Shown: positions 11,601 through 24,640, counted from the first letter of the stretch. The stretch: 64,000 nucleotides of DNA from Phoronis australis (GCA_002633005.1 NMRA01000100.1:511042-575041); one strand, 5' to 3'. The notes: a model not told the origin generated them from the letters alone. Translations and numbers: made by a program.

Positions 11601-14600
11601 CAGTTCCAAGCACAACAGCTGTAATCTCGTCGCAGTCTCGTAATAAATAAATTCAAAGCAATTGCACATTGAACATTGGCTCATTTTAACGAAGACAATA
11701 GATTTCCTGTACCTAGCAGTCTTATATGTGTCGTAAAATTTTTGGCATCTTGTCTTTGGAATTTTCTGTTTGTAAAATTGAGACCTGTTGCTGATGAAAA
11801 GGGAATGTGGAGATTTTTGCAAGTCGAAGTTTCTGTGAATACTTACTACATCAAAGTGTAGCCCTTCGTCGGCATGCTGGTGTCATGAACATTGAAACTG
11901 GCTTCAACATTATTATTCATAAATGATGTGAAATTCATCCAAAATCAATTGTTTTAAGACTGCAACTATGTTAAGAAGGTCAACTATCACGTGTTGTGCC
12001 ATAACAGCTGGTCTAATTACAGTAAACCAGTCGTCTGCATTTGTCGAGCTATGTATCTTTTAAAGGTGTCATGATTAATTAGATCCAAACTGTAGGAATA
12101 GGGAAACGCTTTGCGGTAAATTACCTGTCATGACAAACAAATACTATAACAGTCAGTTCCGACTCAATTCACTTGACTGTCATGGCATGCCAGTTTGCTT
12201 GCACTCAGCTGTCATGATGTGGAATAACGAGGTATTTTGTTTGTTTTTTGTGGCTTTAATTTAACATATCTCGCAAAAAGCAAATTATCTGTGGATCAAA
12301 GAAAGAACCGATTTGTGTTCTGTTTTGGTTGACTATGCTTATTGTCCTGGTCTGCAAAATTTTAATTAGGACCAAGCAAGCAGAAGTCACTTTCTTGATC
12401 TCATTTCACTTAAGAGTTCCATGTCGGATGTGCTGGCTATTGTTTTGTTGCTATTTCACACTGTCTTGTATTTGTGAATTGTAAACATAATAGTCTCATT
12501 TCTCCCAGGATGCTGTAGTATGTGTTATCTGCTTTCTATTCACCATATATATATTGTGTCTCCTAATTAGCCATCTACACGGCTGCCATGGAAATGCTTA
12601 GTGGAGGATCAGAGATAGCCAAGAGTTGTCGCACACCAGATATAATGGCCGATGCTGCTTACCTTATCCTGACGAAGGACAGTAGAAAATTCACGGGTAA
12701 CTTTTGTATAGATGACGCGGTGCTGAAAGAGGCAGGGGTCACAGACTTGGATAAGTACAGTTGTGTGCCAGGTAGGTTTGCCATAACTGTTCAATAATTT
12801 TGTTAGGCAGTCTGGAATTGTTTCTTAGAAAAATATCTTGAAATTGGTTTTTCTTAGCAGAAAACTGTGAAAAGGATTATGCCTAAAGGTTCTGAACAAT
12901 ATAGGATTTGAGGAATAGCCACCTTCTATTAAACAAACCGTACTTGCGTCATATGTTTCTCATTAAACAAGAAGACAACTGTTCTTGAGGAAAGAAGTTT
13001 GTTATTTGGCATGCAATTCATTAGTGAACAAAAAGGGCTTTAGGACTGTTCCAGTAAAATCCGTGTGGGAGGGGAGGGGGCGGCAGTAGAAATAAAAATT
13101 CACGGGAGGTGGTTCCTGTAAGAAGTGATGCATTAAAAATGGGTGGTATTTTTTGACTAGTTAATGTTGACAGTTTGGTTACTTCAGCGTCAAAACTCAA
13201 AAAATGTAATTGGCATATATCCTGACTTATCCGAATTCAAAAAAGCCCATATTGCCAGTGAACAGAGTGCAATACGTTCACTAAACCATTAATCAAGTCA
13301 TGGGCAACTTGATTTGAGCCAACTGTTTGTCTGCAGTCCTATTGAATTGAAAAGTTATGCAACACTAAACTGGTGTTAACACATATAAGAAAATTGATGA
13401 TTTTTAAATAAAAAGTATGAGGAGTAAGATAAACAAGTTCCAATATTCACTTGACATAGAAGTATAAAAGAGTTTGTGGACACAGTTTGTGATTCATAGA
13501 TCCTTATAATTGAAAAAATGTTCATTGAAATTATAGACATATGGTGAACAGAGCCACCTAGTGGCTGCCAAAAGTATTGCTCACAGGCTACTTTAGTTTT
13601 TGACAATATTGGACAAGACAACTAGTTCTTGTCTGTCAATCATCTAAGTTCTTAACAGGTCCTCCTGGAGGCAATTTGTTTGCAAGTGTTTGATTTTATA
13701 TGTTAACCTATTAAAAATAATTAAAAAATTATGGGTCATGGGTTGGAGAAATAAATGAAAAATACGGGCGGTGGGTACGAAATAAAAGTGCCTTCCCCCC
13801 TCCCATACAGATTTTGCTGGAACAACCCTTAATGGGAATTGATAAGAATTGGAAAAAAATAATTTAGATAGTGACGACCACAAAATAGGTTGTTTTTAGT
13901 GACTGTAGATGGTTCAGCATTAGGGTTTATCCCTTCTGTGGGTGTGTTCCTATTTCGCTGTCACATTTATCACCATGCTGTTCCAGGGACTGATCTGATG
14001 CCAGATTTTTTCTTGGACGACGTGGACCCTCTCCAGAGAGCAGGTGGTGCTACTGCTGCAACGACAGTGTTTTCTGCTGGTGAAGTGGGTAGTATATTCA
14101 ACACCATCAACGGCATGCTGAGTGCAGATCTTGTAAAATCCATTAGTGGGATATATGCATTTGAGCTGAGTGGTATGTTGCTATTTATCCAACAGTATCT
14201 TTGCATGTCGTGTTATTGGAACTTGTGCTGTTATCATTTGGCAAATTTTTATGCCGATACATAACAGTAGTTTTCAGAATTATCTGGACAACTTTAGATT
14301 TTAACATAGTTTAATTGCACAGATTTGCAACTAATTATCTCTCTCCCGTCTTCCTGTCTCACTCTCGATTCTTCTCTTTCCCTCTCAGTCTTCCACTTCC
14401 TGTTATGCTTCTCTTCTCTCGCACGCAGATGATTTACTACTTTCAAGTTTTGAGTGATTATTTTTGTGTGGTTTTGATAAAGGGAGCATTGCGTCCTGAG
14501 ACAATAATGCAATGAGAAATAACAGCAGAGTCTGATCTAGTTAGTCATTTCTTAGCAGAGTCTGATCTAGTTGGTCATTTTTGAGCAGAGTTAGTCATTT

Positions 14601-17600
14601 TTGAATCTACTATGAAAAAAAAATGTTGCAGTAGTGTGGTTACTTTTCAAGTGATACATAAATTCTAGTAGCCATCAATACTTGTGGAGAATACGTTTGA
14701 ATGTTGACTATTAAAATCACCTTCGTTGCATTGCTTCGTGCGGTGACATTGTCTAGTCAAAAATTTAATTGTAGTTTGGTCAGGTGCTTTTTCCTATGAA
14801 ACTGCTGCTAGTAAACCTACAGTCTTTTACACCACTATGACTGTGTTTGGCAGGATGATATGAGAATGAGATCATGTAAATCTTTGTGAGATGTCACTTC
14901 TTTAACATGAATGGATTTGGTATATTTTGTACCACATAGTGGCCATTTTTATGCGCCCACATATTTATATGTGGTCGCATATTGCGGTCATCTTTATCTG
15001 GGCATCCGGCGTCCGCAGCTGTGTCTGCTAAACCCCTTACATGATCTTGATGAGATTTGGTAGATATGTTCCTGTGAAGCTGACGACAGATTTCGACGAA
15101 TTTCGGACCTCTCCGACTACCGGTGTGCCCCCTAGTGGCAGTTTTAGTTTTTTAGGTTTACCTCTGTATCTTAAAAGGTGGTCAATGGATTTTCATGAAA
15201 TTTGACAGATTAGCATTTATTAGAGAGGTGACGCTATCTTGTAGGTTTTGGTTGAATTCAAGGCATTTTGCACCACCTAGTGGTCATTTTTACTGTTTTC
15301 GAGTCTGTTTTTTGGCGTCCGTCCTTCTATCAACCAAACTGCTCTAGGGATGATTTTGAAAATTGGCTTATGCATGTATGTTCTTACTGTGAAGAGGGCG
15401 GCTGTCGATGGTTTTCTGACGATTTCGGCAACTGTGGAACCTCCTAGTGGCTGTTTTGTTTGTCTCTGTGCTCTTGGTTGTATCTCCTAATCGCTCTACA
15501 AAATCTTTATTGAATTTTGCTGACATATTTATATAAAGTTGACAACAGAGGACGATGACTTTCGGACTGATTGGACGACTGGTGTGCCCCCTAGTGGCAA
15601 TTTAATTTTTTTAATTTTGCATCTGTACCTTCAAAGATCCTCAACGGATTGTCATAAAGTTTTGCAGATAGGCATCTGTTAGTGACCTGACGCTGACCTC
15701 TGGTTTTCGGTTTGATTTGTGATATTTTGCGCCACTTAGTGGCCATTTTACAGTCTTGTTATTTGGCGTCTACCCCTCTGTCAACCAAATTAGGAATGTA
15801 TGTTTCTAATGTGAAGAGGAAATCTGACAAGGATTTTGTGACAACTTCATCTACAGTGGCGCCTCATAGTGGCAGTTGTTTTTTTGCACCTATAGGCTCC
15901 TACTGGCAATTTCATTTTTTCGTTTTTCGTTTTCCTCTGTTTCTCAGAAGTTCCTTGACAGGTTTTTATGAAATTTGGTATAATCTCATGGGCTTAAAGG
16001 AGAATGCCACCCGATTTTAGTCTTTTTTGGCGTCTTAATCGGTCTATATCCACATTGCCTCGCATACAGTCGACCTTACCTTGCCAAGAGGTGTCGCGTT
16101 AACCTGTGAGGAAGTTGAGAAACGATGCTAGCGATGTCGGTGGTTCATATGCAGAGTGAATGCCGCTATGTTGCGGTGCATCGTTCCCGCTTGTCCAAAC
16201 TAAGCAGCTGCGAGGAAAGCGGGTATATCGTTTTTTTTTACTTCCTCGAGAGTCCGAAATGCTGAAGAAGTGGCTCATGGTAGTGAAGAATGAAATGTAC
16301 GCTGTAAATAGCAAGTATGAGGCCGTGAAACATCTCTGTGTCTGTGGCATGCAGACGTCAACAGTGCCTCAGTGACGAATGCCGGCTTACCAAATAACTC
16401 CATGTTCCGTTGTCTGAGCTTGTTCACGTTGCCTCTCTAGTATTTCTTCATCACTGTATTCCTGTTCGAATTGATAGCCTGTAAAACTTAACGATCCACC
16501 TGCGAAGTCGGGACTGATGAGCTCTAGCTCGTCCTAAGTTGGGATTGCGAGTTGCCATTTTGGCATTTAGTACTGAGCATTCTGTTTCAAAATGCCTTCT
16601 CACCCTAACCAACTGAAAGAAAGTCTGTCTCATTAGATGCAATTTGTAATGCCTTTGGAGTGTTTGTTAGTGCAAATGATTTGAGAAGCCAGCAATGAAT
16701 AAATCACTGCGTTACCGGCTTTAGGTGCAATAAAACTAATTGACGGGACACCGAGGCCTTGAGAGCTCATGCTAATTTAGTGTTTGCTGGCAGAAACTGT
16801 TGTGAAACAACTCGATTTCCATCCCACGGCTAGGTGTTAGGGGAATCTTTATTTACGTTTACATTACTCAAATAATGATTGTCAATGTACAACTTCTGCC
16901 CAGATGGTGCTGTGGCCAAAGCGGAACCCGGCGAGCGAATTTGCGGCCCCCGACGAGTGAAGTAGATTTGCAGTTTCGTGGCTAATTCACCAACATATTC
17001 ACGTGCACATTACTTTGGCTCACTAGTATAGTATTTTCTTGACTCGAAGTGTAGTTTCCACTGAACTTTGGCTGGTTTATGTTAGTAATGTCTGATCAGT
17101 TTCCGAGCCACTGGCTGGGATAACAAGGAAGTCAATCCGGCCGGCGGCGACGGGCTTGATCGGGCTCCGAGCCACTAGCCTGGATAACAAGCGTTTTGTG
17201 TTCAGAACTCAAAAATCATTAGTCTAAACAACACCGTGACAGATCTAGATTCTCCTGTCTGTATCTCATGGAAAATACTTCGAAATTATCTCCGAACAGA
17301 CCCCAAACTCCTGTTACGGACCGTATTGGCCTGCCGAACTTTGTAGGCTACGGTGTGTCCAAATACCAATAAATCCGTAAGAGCGAAATAAAACAACACG
17401 TTTTTATAAGAACTCGGTGTATTTTTAAGGGGTTTACATCGAAGTTTTATGATTTATTGGTGTTAAACGATGACTTCAAGCGATAAGCTGACACCAGTAA
17501 CCCGTGTTGTGAACTGCTGAACAGACTGCGTGCGAAACCGATGACGTGATTGGATAATTTCAACACCTCCGTCTGCCGTAAGGTGTCAGGTAACGCAACC

Positions 17601-19798
17601 GTACGTGTCGTTATGGAGTAGAACTACTCGGTCTAAATTGATACAAATTAGGTTGTTTTTTGGGTGGCATGCTCCTTTAAAGGCACGGCAATACAGTAGT
17701 TTGCCATGCTTGCTTTTGTATCTTTGGAACTCTTGGGTGGATATTCATGAAATTTAACGTATAGGTTTTGTAGGATGGTTTGGCTTACTCTGCGCCACCT
17801 AGTGGCCATTTTGTCATACTAATAAACTCCTCTTCCAGCATACTGTTTGTCCCAGGATCATTTTTGCTTTACATTGCTCATGTTTCTTCTTGAAAGAAAT
17901 GTTATTTGGCTTTTAAGTTCTCTGCTATGGGTCATCCAGCAGTTTATCTCAAGGCAGTGATTTTATATTCAACTAGAAAATAAAGGTCTGTTGTTGCTTA
18001 TGATTCGAAAGTGTGTTGTACAACATGTAAGTTTGGGTAACATAAAGCCACCTAATAGGCCTTTTATAAGGTGGATTTTTGTCCATATTCCCTTGGTGTC
18101 ATGGTGCTAACCTGGTGCTGCAATGCGGGACTATGTTTGAGATTTCTTACACTGTTTTCCAAATGCAGGGTCATAGGATTTGTGCGAGGTTATGCGGCAA
18201 AATGACCCTTTCGTTGCATTTTTCTGTGTAGTTTGGAAAGCCAAATGTGGTCTAGTGGGCTGGCTTTGTTTAATAACGATTTTATCAGTGAATTATACTT
18301 GTGTGAACTCGTGTTTCTGCATTTCTGGTAAGTATATGCTGTGACATGTGCATTGTGTACTTTGCTCTGGATTTAAATATGATCATTGGGGTTTACTACG
18401 TATTTTCCCCTTTCTAGGTGATGAGGAAGGATCATGGTACCTTGACCTCAAAAACGGTCAGGGGTCAGTGGGCCAGGGTTCACCATCGGAGCAGGCCAAC
18501 TGCACATTCACCATGGATAGCAGTAACTTTGTGAAAATGTTCCGTGGCGAGCTCAAGACAACCACAGCCTTCATGCTGGGCAAGATGAAGATTAAGGGTG
18601 ACATGGCGCTAGCAATGAAACTTGAAAAATTGATGGGGAAAATGAAAACAGAGCCAGCAGCTAAGGCGGGGTCAGACAGCACCAATCAGCAGACAACAGC
18701 ACCACCATCGGGGCAAGTTGGCGGAGTCTTCCAGCAGATCAAAGCCTTGTTGAGCGAAGACTTAGTTAAGTCTGTTAATGGAATCTACGCATTTGAACTG
18801 AGTGGTAAGATGGAGTGATTGTGCGTTGTACAATTTAGACCTGTTGGCATGATTGGTCATTTGAGTTTGTTACTACAGAAGAGTGTTTTCCACAAATCAG
18901 CAAACCTGTCTGTCTTTTTTCTCCTTTGGCATTTTATAAAATGCTTGACATCAAGTTATAATAAAGAGACAAACATCTTCTTGCAGTAAATCATTGAAAT
19001 TTCAAAGTAAACTTTTTGGGGTAATTTTTTATGATTTCAGTTTCCATCGCAATTTTTCTTGTAACTCTAATGAAACTACACAACTTTGAAAATTCTTGTC
19101 AGCTGTTGAAAATGTGTTACATAATGCATCTGTTCTCAGACTGTTAAGTGTGGCAATACACAGTGTCAAAAGCCACTTCTTATTTGATTGCATTATTCTA
19201 GTACTGTCTATTCAATGTCTATTACTGAACCAAACTTACAAACTCGGAATGTGCTTGGTGTTTATGATTTTAGCTACAATCTTTTCTACCGTAGCACTTA
19301 CTACAGCTTGTTACACCTGCAAGGCTACACAATGCTGACCTTCAGTACACTCACTCAAAATTTCTTAATTCACCAATTTAATTCAGTTTTCAACTTAAAG
19401 CTATAAGTTGCACAATACAAACATATGCGTATCATTTCTTTATCAAAGGAAGCATCCTGTACCTATACTTTCAGTTATCTATGCCCAGTCTCAACCATAA
19501 GTACAGTCCTACGTCCGTAGACTAAGTAACAAATTTTGTTTTTCATTGATTACTAGGTAATGAGGCTGGCAACTGGTTCCTTGACCTCAAGAATGATACT
19601 GGCGCTGCTGGCCAGGGGGCACCACTGGACAAGGCCAACTGCACATTCACAATGGATAGTGACAACTTTGTTAAAATGTTCAATGGTGAGCTCAAGCCTA
19701 CGACTGCATTCATGTTGGGAAAGATGAAGATCAAAGGTGATATGGCGCTGGCAATGAAACTGGAGAAACTAATGGGACAGATGAAGTCAAAGTTATGA
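8608..19798 (+). CDS. HSDL2: Hydroxysteroid dehydrogenase-like protein 2 (SDR + 2 x SCP2, PTS1), 538 aa
   Basis: join(8608..8624,8897..9060,9583..9796,10595..10698,11164..11265,12571..12771,13987..14172,18418..18804,19557..19798) = 1617 nt, all introns GT-AG. Motifs: TGASRGIG, AKT..PHPKLPGTIYTAA, NNASAI, SPPLN, YTMAK, VNALWPRT, PDFFLD; SCP2 (AFMLGKMKIKGDMALAMKLEKLM); ends SKL*. Confidence 0.96.
8897..9060 (+). CDS. HSDL2: HSDL2 exon 2
   Basis: KLAGRTLFITGASRGIGKAIALKAARDGANIVIAAKTVEPHPKLPGTIYTAAKE; ag/gt boundaries. Confidence 0.95.
9583..9796 (+). CDS. HSDL2: HSDL2 exon 3
   Basis: IEEAGGRCLPCVVDI...IDILVNNASAI...INGRGTYL. Confidence 0.95.
10595..10698 (+). CDS. HSDL2: HSDL2 exon 4
   Basis: SQVCLPHLQKGRNPHILNISPPLNLNPKWFKNHV; donor G|GTAAGT. 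Confidence 0.95.
10971..11200 (+). repeat. ~60-bp tandem repeat x4 of HSDL2 intron-4 acceptor + exon-5 start
   Basis: units start ~10971, 11032, 11092, 11151; only the last is the functional exon. Confidence 0.85.
11164..11265 (+). CDS. HSDL2: HSDL2 exon 5 (catalytic YxxxK)
   Basis: AYTMAKYGMSMCALGMAEEFRDDAIAVNALWPRT. Confidence 0.95.
12571..12771 (+). CDS. HSDL2: HSDL2 exon 6
   Basis: AIYTAAMEML...CRTPDIMADAAY...FTGNFCIDD...YSCVP. Confidence 0.95.
13043..13828. mobile_element. MITE with TWA TSD (PIF/Harbinger- or Zator-type)
   Basis: ~32-bp TIR GGACTGTTCCAGTAAAATCCGTGTGGGAGGGG / CCCCTCCCATACAGATTTTGCTGGAACAACCC; TTA on both flanks. Confidence 0.75.
13987..14172 (+). CDS. HSDL2: HSDL2 exon 7 (end of SDR, linker, start of SCP2-1)
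   Basis: GTDLMPDFFLDD...DLVKSISGIYAFELS; donor G|GTATGT. Confidence 0.92.
14524..14603. repeat. 30-bp tandem repeat x~2.5
   Basis: AGCAGAGTCTGATCTAGTT(A/G)GTCATTT. Confidence 0.75.
15998..17676 (+). mobile_element. Kolobok-like non-autonomous transposon with THAP relic
   Basis: TIR AGGAGAATGCCACCC / GGGTGGCATGCTCCT, TTAA TSD on both sides; homologous copies at 25941 and 62477. Confidence 0.85.
16168..16354 (+). pseudogene. Decayed THAP zinc-finger (transposase N-terminus)
   Basis: MLRCIVPACPN*AAARKAGISFF / LPRESEMLKKWLMVVKN...KHLCVCGMQ, with one stop and one frameshift; C-x4-C, P, W and VC positions of THAP. Confidence 0.7.
18418..18804 (+). CDS. HSDL2: HSDL2 exon 8 (rest of SCP2-1, linker, start of SCP2-2)
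   Basis: GDEEGSWYLDLKNG...MKLEKLMGKMKTEP...DLVKSVNGIYAFELS; 387 nt, phase 1-1. Confidence 0.92.
19557..19798 (+). CDS. HSDL2: HSDL2 exon 9 (rest of SCP2-2, PTS1)
   Basis: GNEAGNWFLDLKND...MKLEKLMGQMKSKL*. Confidence 0.95.
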
Positions 19799-22700
19799 GA
19801 TGGTCTGCAATATATGTCTGAGGATGGTTGAGGATGTCTATTAAGGATTATACGCAACATCAATAAGCCCCCAAATGTCTGCTCTCTTGGAAAGTTCCCA
19901 AATGTAATTAACAACTTGGCTGCATCTGTACACCTGCTGCATGCATCAAGTTATTCCATATTAATATTTTGGATGCGAATTAAGACAGCAAACATTTTTT
20001 ACAGAAATTTTAAAAATCTTTGAGACTTACTGGACCATATCCTTCTGTGATTATTTCTGGAAAGTATTTTACCTGTAGTTGTCAAAGATTTCTATTGCTT
20101 ATTTTGAGATAAATTTATTTGTCTTGTTCTCAATCATTTTGATTCCTCACCAGTTGCTGTGCTGATGTGGACATAAAGTGTTTTAATTAAAAATCATTTA
20201 GATTCATTGAGTGTCCATGTGTTTGTTGATCACTTTGAAAATAACTAGTGCCAGTAAAAGCGGGTTGCTCTTAGCCATTTGATTGTGTGTGTGTGTGAAG
20301 TAAACTGATCATACATGTATGTAAATTAAATTAAAAGTAATTTGCTTTCACTACTAGTTGTCAACACAAGAAATTTGCAATACACAATTTATTATAATCA
20401 TTTATTTCTTCTAATCAGACTTGTCAGGAAAAATGTAATTTCACACTTTGTTTATAGAAAATGGGTGTTGTTCATCGCTTTTTACTACGAAAATTTGTGT
20501 ATTTCTATACCCCATACCCCTAATACATTTTGAAAACCCCTTGATGGATGTTGGTGAAATTTATGTCATGGATGGGACAGTGTTTAACAACTTTTCAGAC
20601 ATGTAAAAACCAGTGTGTCTCCTATTGCCTATTGTTCTTATTTGCCTCTGTGTTCACAGTTCCTTGGTATTTAAGGACCTGTGTTAGTATGTTAGTGCAA
20701 TTTGTTATTCGAGATTAGCGTTAGCGTCAACACGAATGCACCAGCAACATCTAGTGCAAGCGTATTGATAGATGGGCAGATCTATCCATTGAAGTAAATG
20801 AGCGTCATCACCATCCACGCAATAGTTACGGAAACGAACCCAGAGTACAGCTAAAATACAGCCAACACTTAAAATTTATTAAAATGATCTGGACACCACA
20901 TAGTTGCAACAGGCTGAGAATTGTAAATGCAAGTTTCAGCCAGACCAGAACTGTAGTACCAGAAAGGAGGTTGCTGTGGCGGTTGCTCGCAAAGAACGAA
21001 ACACAAATTCGGAGGCAATTTCCGGGATTTTTTTATCTTTCCTAGTATGGTTTTGTTGTGTTTGTGGCCCGGTGATATCTTTGGTTCACCACCAATGGTG
21101 AAAAAACGTCTACAGTTCTCTAAGTTTGAAAGTTTATATCTCAGAAATCTGTTCATATTGCATAGAATCCGTGACGCAATGCTGCGCTCCCATCTGTTGT
21201 GGCATCTGCAGAGGAATTCAGTTAACATTAGTAATTCATGGCAAGTCTACCAATTACGCCTATACAGTTATGGCTACGGAGATCCCTGGACCCAACCTGT
21301 AGAGAGTATTGAAGGTTAGGCTGTGACAATTTGATTGTTTAGTAGGGTGTCATTTTGACGTCTTGCACCCAACAAAATGAAAATGTGAAATTTATAAATG
21401 AATGATAACAAAATTAGACCAGATTAGCGTAGCTTTGTAAATTACTAAGCTCCTAGAAAATTACTACCGGGCTACGGACATGATTAATCTTTATCGCAGG
21501 TTAAACTCCCAGAGCCACGAACACTTCCTAGCGGCACACTGCGATTAATCCAAAACCATAATTTTCATAAAAGTTTCAAGTGGATATTAACCCCCGTTGC
21601 CGTGGTTGCCCGAATGGGTTTAAATCCAAGACATACTAGATTTTTTAACATGTGCATTTCTATTCATATTTGCAGGTCCGTATTCGCGTCATAATAAATT
21701 GCCGGAGATTTCATTCGTATAGTATAGACCCAACGACCTGTACCCGACCCAAAGTAATAGGATTCAAAATTGCCCGGGATTCCAGTGTTAGCCCGTACGT
21801 GCAGGAACTTGGAATCCTGAGTGAACTTGGAATCAACTTCTATCTTGAGTTTAGGTGAGCGACTCGGGCGTTGAGAGTGTAAACTAAGAAAATCATCACC
21901 GTGCGTCGAATGGCACTGATTGGCATGAACACTATAGAGTTTGTTTGTCGTGTACAACTGTTTGTGTTCAGTTTTACGAGTTCAGACAGGTTTTATCACA
22001 TTTGGTTAGTCAAAGTGCGCAACAGCTTAAAAATACTAACTCCGTTGTTAGAAGTATACAAAGCCCTGTTTTGATGATTCCCTCTAATTTTCGTTCTGCT
22101 AATGCATCGTTGACGTCACTCTTCAAAGTTAAAGGCAGAAATCAATTAGAAACTCATACTCCCTGTGTCACAGGGTGGTCTTCTCCCACAGTTGTGTAAT
22201 TCGCTAAAAACGTCGCGCTTGGCCGTTTAGCATGACAAAAGAGTTTTCAAATTTTATTTTCGAACTTTTGAGGGTTGTGGAGGGTTACAGAGCATTATTT
22301 CGTTTCTGAGAACTGGATGGGAAGTAGTTTTTAATTTTCTATTAATACGCCCAAACCGGGTTTGGTATACTTTAAACGTGTCATTCAGTGACTATTAATT
22401 TTTTATTGGTATGTTGCGGGTCTAAATATTGAAGACTAGTTACAGAACACAACTCTCCAAGATTCTGTTGAAAGATTTGAAATGATATCGTAGAGATGAT
22501 TACATCTTTTTCGACCTACAATATTTTTCGATATTTTTGCGTGCTCTCCGTTAAAGACTCGCATAACAATACACCATTGTAGTGTAAAGATTTTATGATA
22601 CACATCACAGGTTCAGTGAAATAATACTGTCCAGTGCACTTGTTTTTGCAAAACCTATTTTACAAACCCATGCTCGGCATTCCTTATTAAAAACCAACCA

Positions 22701-23349
22701 TGTTCTTTTGACTGAAGTTACATACGAATATGTGTTTTGTAGGTTGCCATCAAGTCTCAACAACAAAGAAATTGCCTTTACGATGTTTTGTACTCTGCCG
22801 ATGAATGCATGCTTCACAATTATTTGTAAAAAAAAAACAATCAGAACCGTTCACAGTAGTTTCAGAGAGAATGCTTTCTTCCCAATATATTTTTTTAAGG
22901 CGAACTATAATAATTCCACCTTTAATTAGCTTAAACTTGGATTCAATGGGTGTAAAACAATTCAATTCGAATTCATTCAGAGGAGTTTTTAAAGCAACTA
23001 AAATGCATTTACACTGTACTAATCAGGACGTCCAGCGACACATATGACCATTTTTTGCAGGGTATGGGATTCCGATTGAGAGCTTGTACTAAGCATATGA
23101 AGTGTTGCAATGAAATTTAAATTTTTCATTATTACATTTATGTACAAATATCGAAAATACGCCCACAGGAGTGCTTTTGGATTTTTACGGTAATATGCCC
23201 ATGGATGTTCTTTTGGGTGGGCCTATTTTCGAAAATTCACGGTATGTCTATGCATGAAAATTAAAGTGTTTACTGCTATAACCATAGACATACGGTAAAT
23301 GTCTCCCTGTCGATCGGCTTTGTACAGTAAAGACAAAAAGATTTCATTC

Positions 23350-23490
23350 TAACAGTGGTCACCAGGCGTCTCTGCCTCAGCAGCCGTCTGCTGTCACTTG
23401 CAGACGACTCTCAAGCGGAAGGCTATCTGTAAGCCTGTGGCACGTCGTCACGATCTTCTCTTCACATCTCAGTGACAACGACAGGTAAAT
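23350..23490 (+). promoter_or_regulatory. Putative promoter and non-coding first exon of a third gene
   Basis: CpG-rich island ~23.3-24.3 kb, CGGAAG site, donor CAG|GTAAAT at 23485; downstream DNA looks CpG-poor and T-rich like transcribed intron (visual estimate). Confidence 0.45.
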
Positions 23491-24399
23491 GTTTTATATT
23501 TAGGCAGGGGTCGGATGTGACGGTTCCGGATTAGGGAACCAGTTTCTTCTGCTGAATAATGGTCGTTATGCAGTGGAAGTTACTGATTCTCTTTAAGTTT
23601 CACTACACTACAGCTTGAGATCGGGTTTACGAGTTCGTACGCCATCGTTTTACTTTTTTCGTTCTCAAAATCATGAATCGCTTTATTCGACGAGTGCTTA
23701 ATGTTCTGGGTTATTTACTGCAGTCATCAGCCAAGAACTGAATTTTTGCATTGTGTTTAACCGTTTAGCACTGTTTAGGCATACCAAGGGCAAGGCTGAA
23801 TCCTTGTTTGAGACTAGCGGCTAAATCGCACAATTGCCTCTTCACGGAGGCTCTTGAACAAAAAATTTGGATGCTTTAGTCTCGCACCAGCGGTCCGTGT
23901 TCGATACGCTGGCATGTGGATTTTTCTACACTGATGGACCAACAACCATGGCAGAAACCACGAGCCGTAGGGGCACTCACAAAAACTCAAAAGATAAAGA
24001 TGGAAAGGCCGGGAGTTACCCCCCTCAACTCCACCCTCCCACTACTCTGCACGAGACTAGTGTTGTGAAAGTGTGGATCCGTGTACGATGTAACGTCGTG
24101 TGGAGCCTCTCTAAATCACTTGCCATTAGCTGAATGGTTTGGATGCTCAACTCGTGCCCACGGCAACGATCCAAATATTCCATCTACCCAGCGTCTGCAG
24201 CATATGGATTTTCTACATTGGCCGCCCAACAGTAGTAGTACCCACGAGGCGTAAATTTTGACAGGGCATTAAATTTCAGAAGTCAAACTTATCAAGTATC
24301 ACCAGTTTTAGCCCACAATAGTTTAAGTTATTTTAACCAGTATTCTACTGTCCTAAAGTCAACACTAATGCCGCGGTAATTGCTCCACACAAAACGAGC

Positions 24400-24640
24400 T
24401 AGGTCAGTAGTGGAAGGATTCTCTAGATCTACTATGATCTTGGTACAAATCTGTTACACAAAGTACACATGCCAAGTTTCTAATGGCATTTTGGTTTCGT
24501 TTACTACATTCACAATTCCTCGGTTAAGTACCACAGCTATATTTAACCGATTTTGCTACCCAGGCTCAGAGATATTCCTGACCCGGGGGTTTGAACCTGT
24601 GCTCTTTGGGCGCACCTGATGATAAAAAGTGTGCTTTATT
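24400..24640 (-). mobile_element. Possible decayed tRNA-derived SINE
   Basis: B-box-like GGTTCAAACC on the minus strand (~24588-24597); no intact cloverleaf. Confidence 0.35.

Larger units (their letters stand above)
14946..18234 (+). mobile_element. Helentron-associated (HINE/DINE-like) element with ~150-bp internal tandem monomers, interrupted by a Kolobok-like element
   Basis: T-run then 5' hairpin ATGCGCCCACATAT-TT-ATATGTGGTCGCAT; CCTAGTGG-containing monomers at ~15130, 15277, 15442, 15588, 15733, 15863, 17797; decayed 3' stem-loop at 18192-18219 followed by a T-run. Confidence 0.6.

Noticed and set aside
18348-19798. Separate stand-alone SCP2 gene
   Set aside because: Exon phases join seamlessly to HSDL2 exon 7 and there is no independent start or first exon
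19543-19914. 123-aa minus-strand ORF (also 18458-18685, 13970-14206)
   Set aside because: Antisense shadows of HSDL2 exons
23150-23245. TA-CCGT-type MITE; likewise the Tc1-like end at ~40230-40252
   Set aside because: Only one terminus found in each case, so the element cannot be delimited
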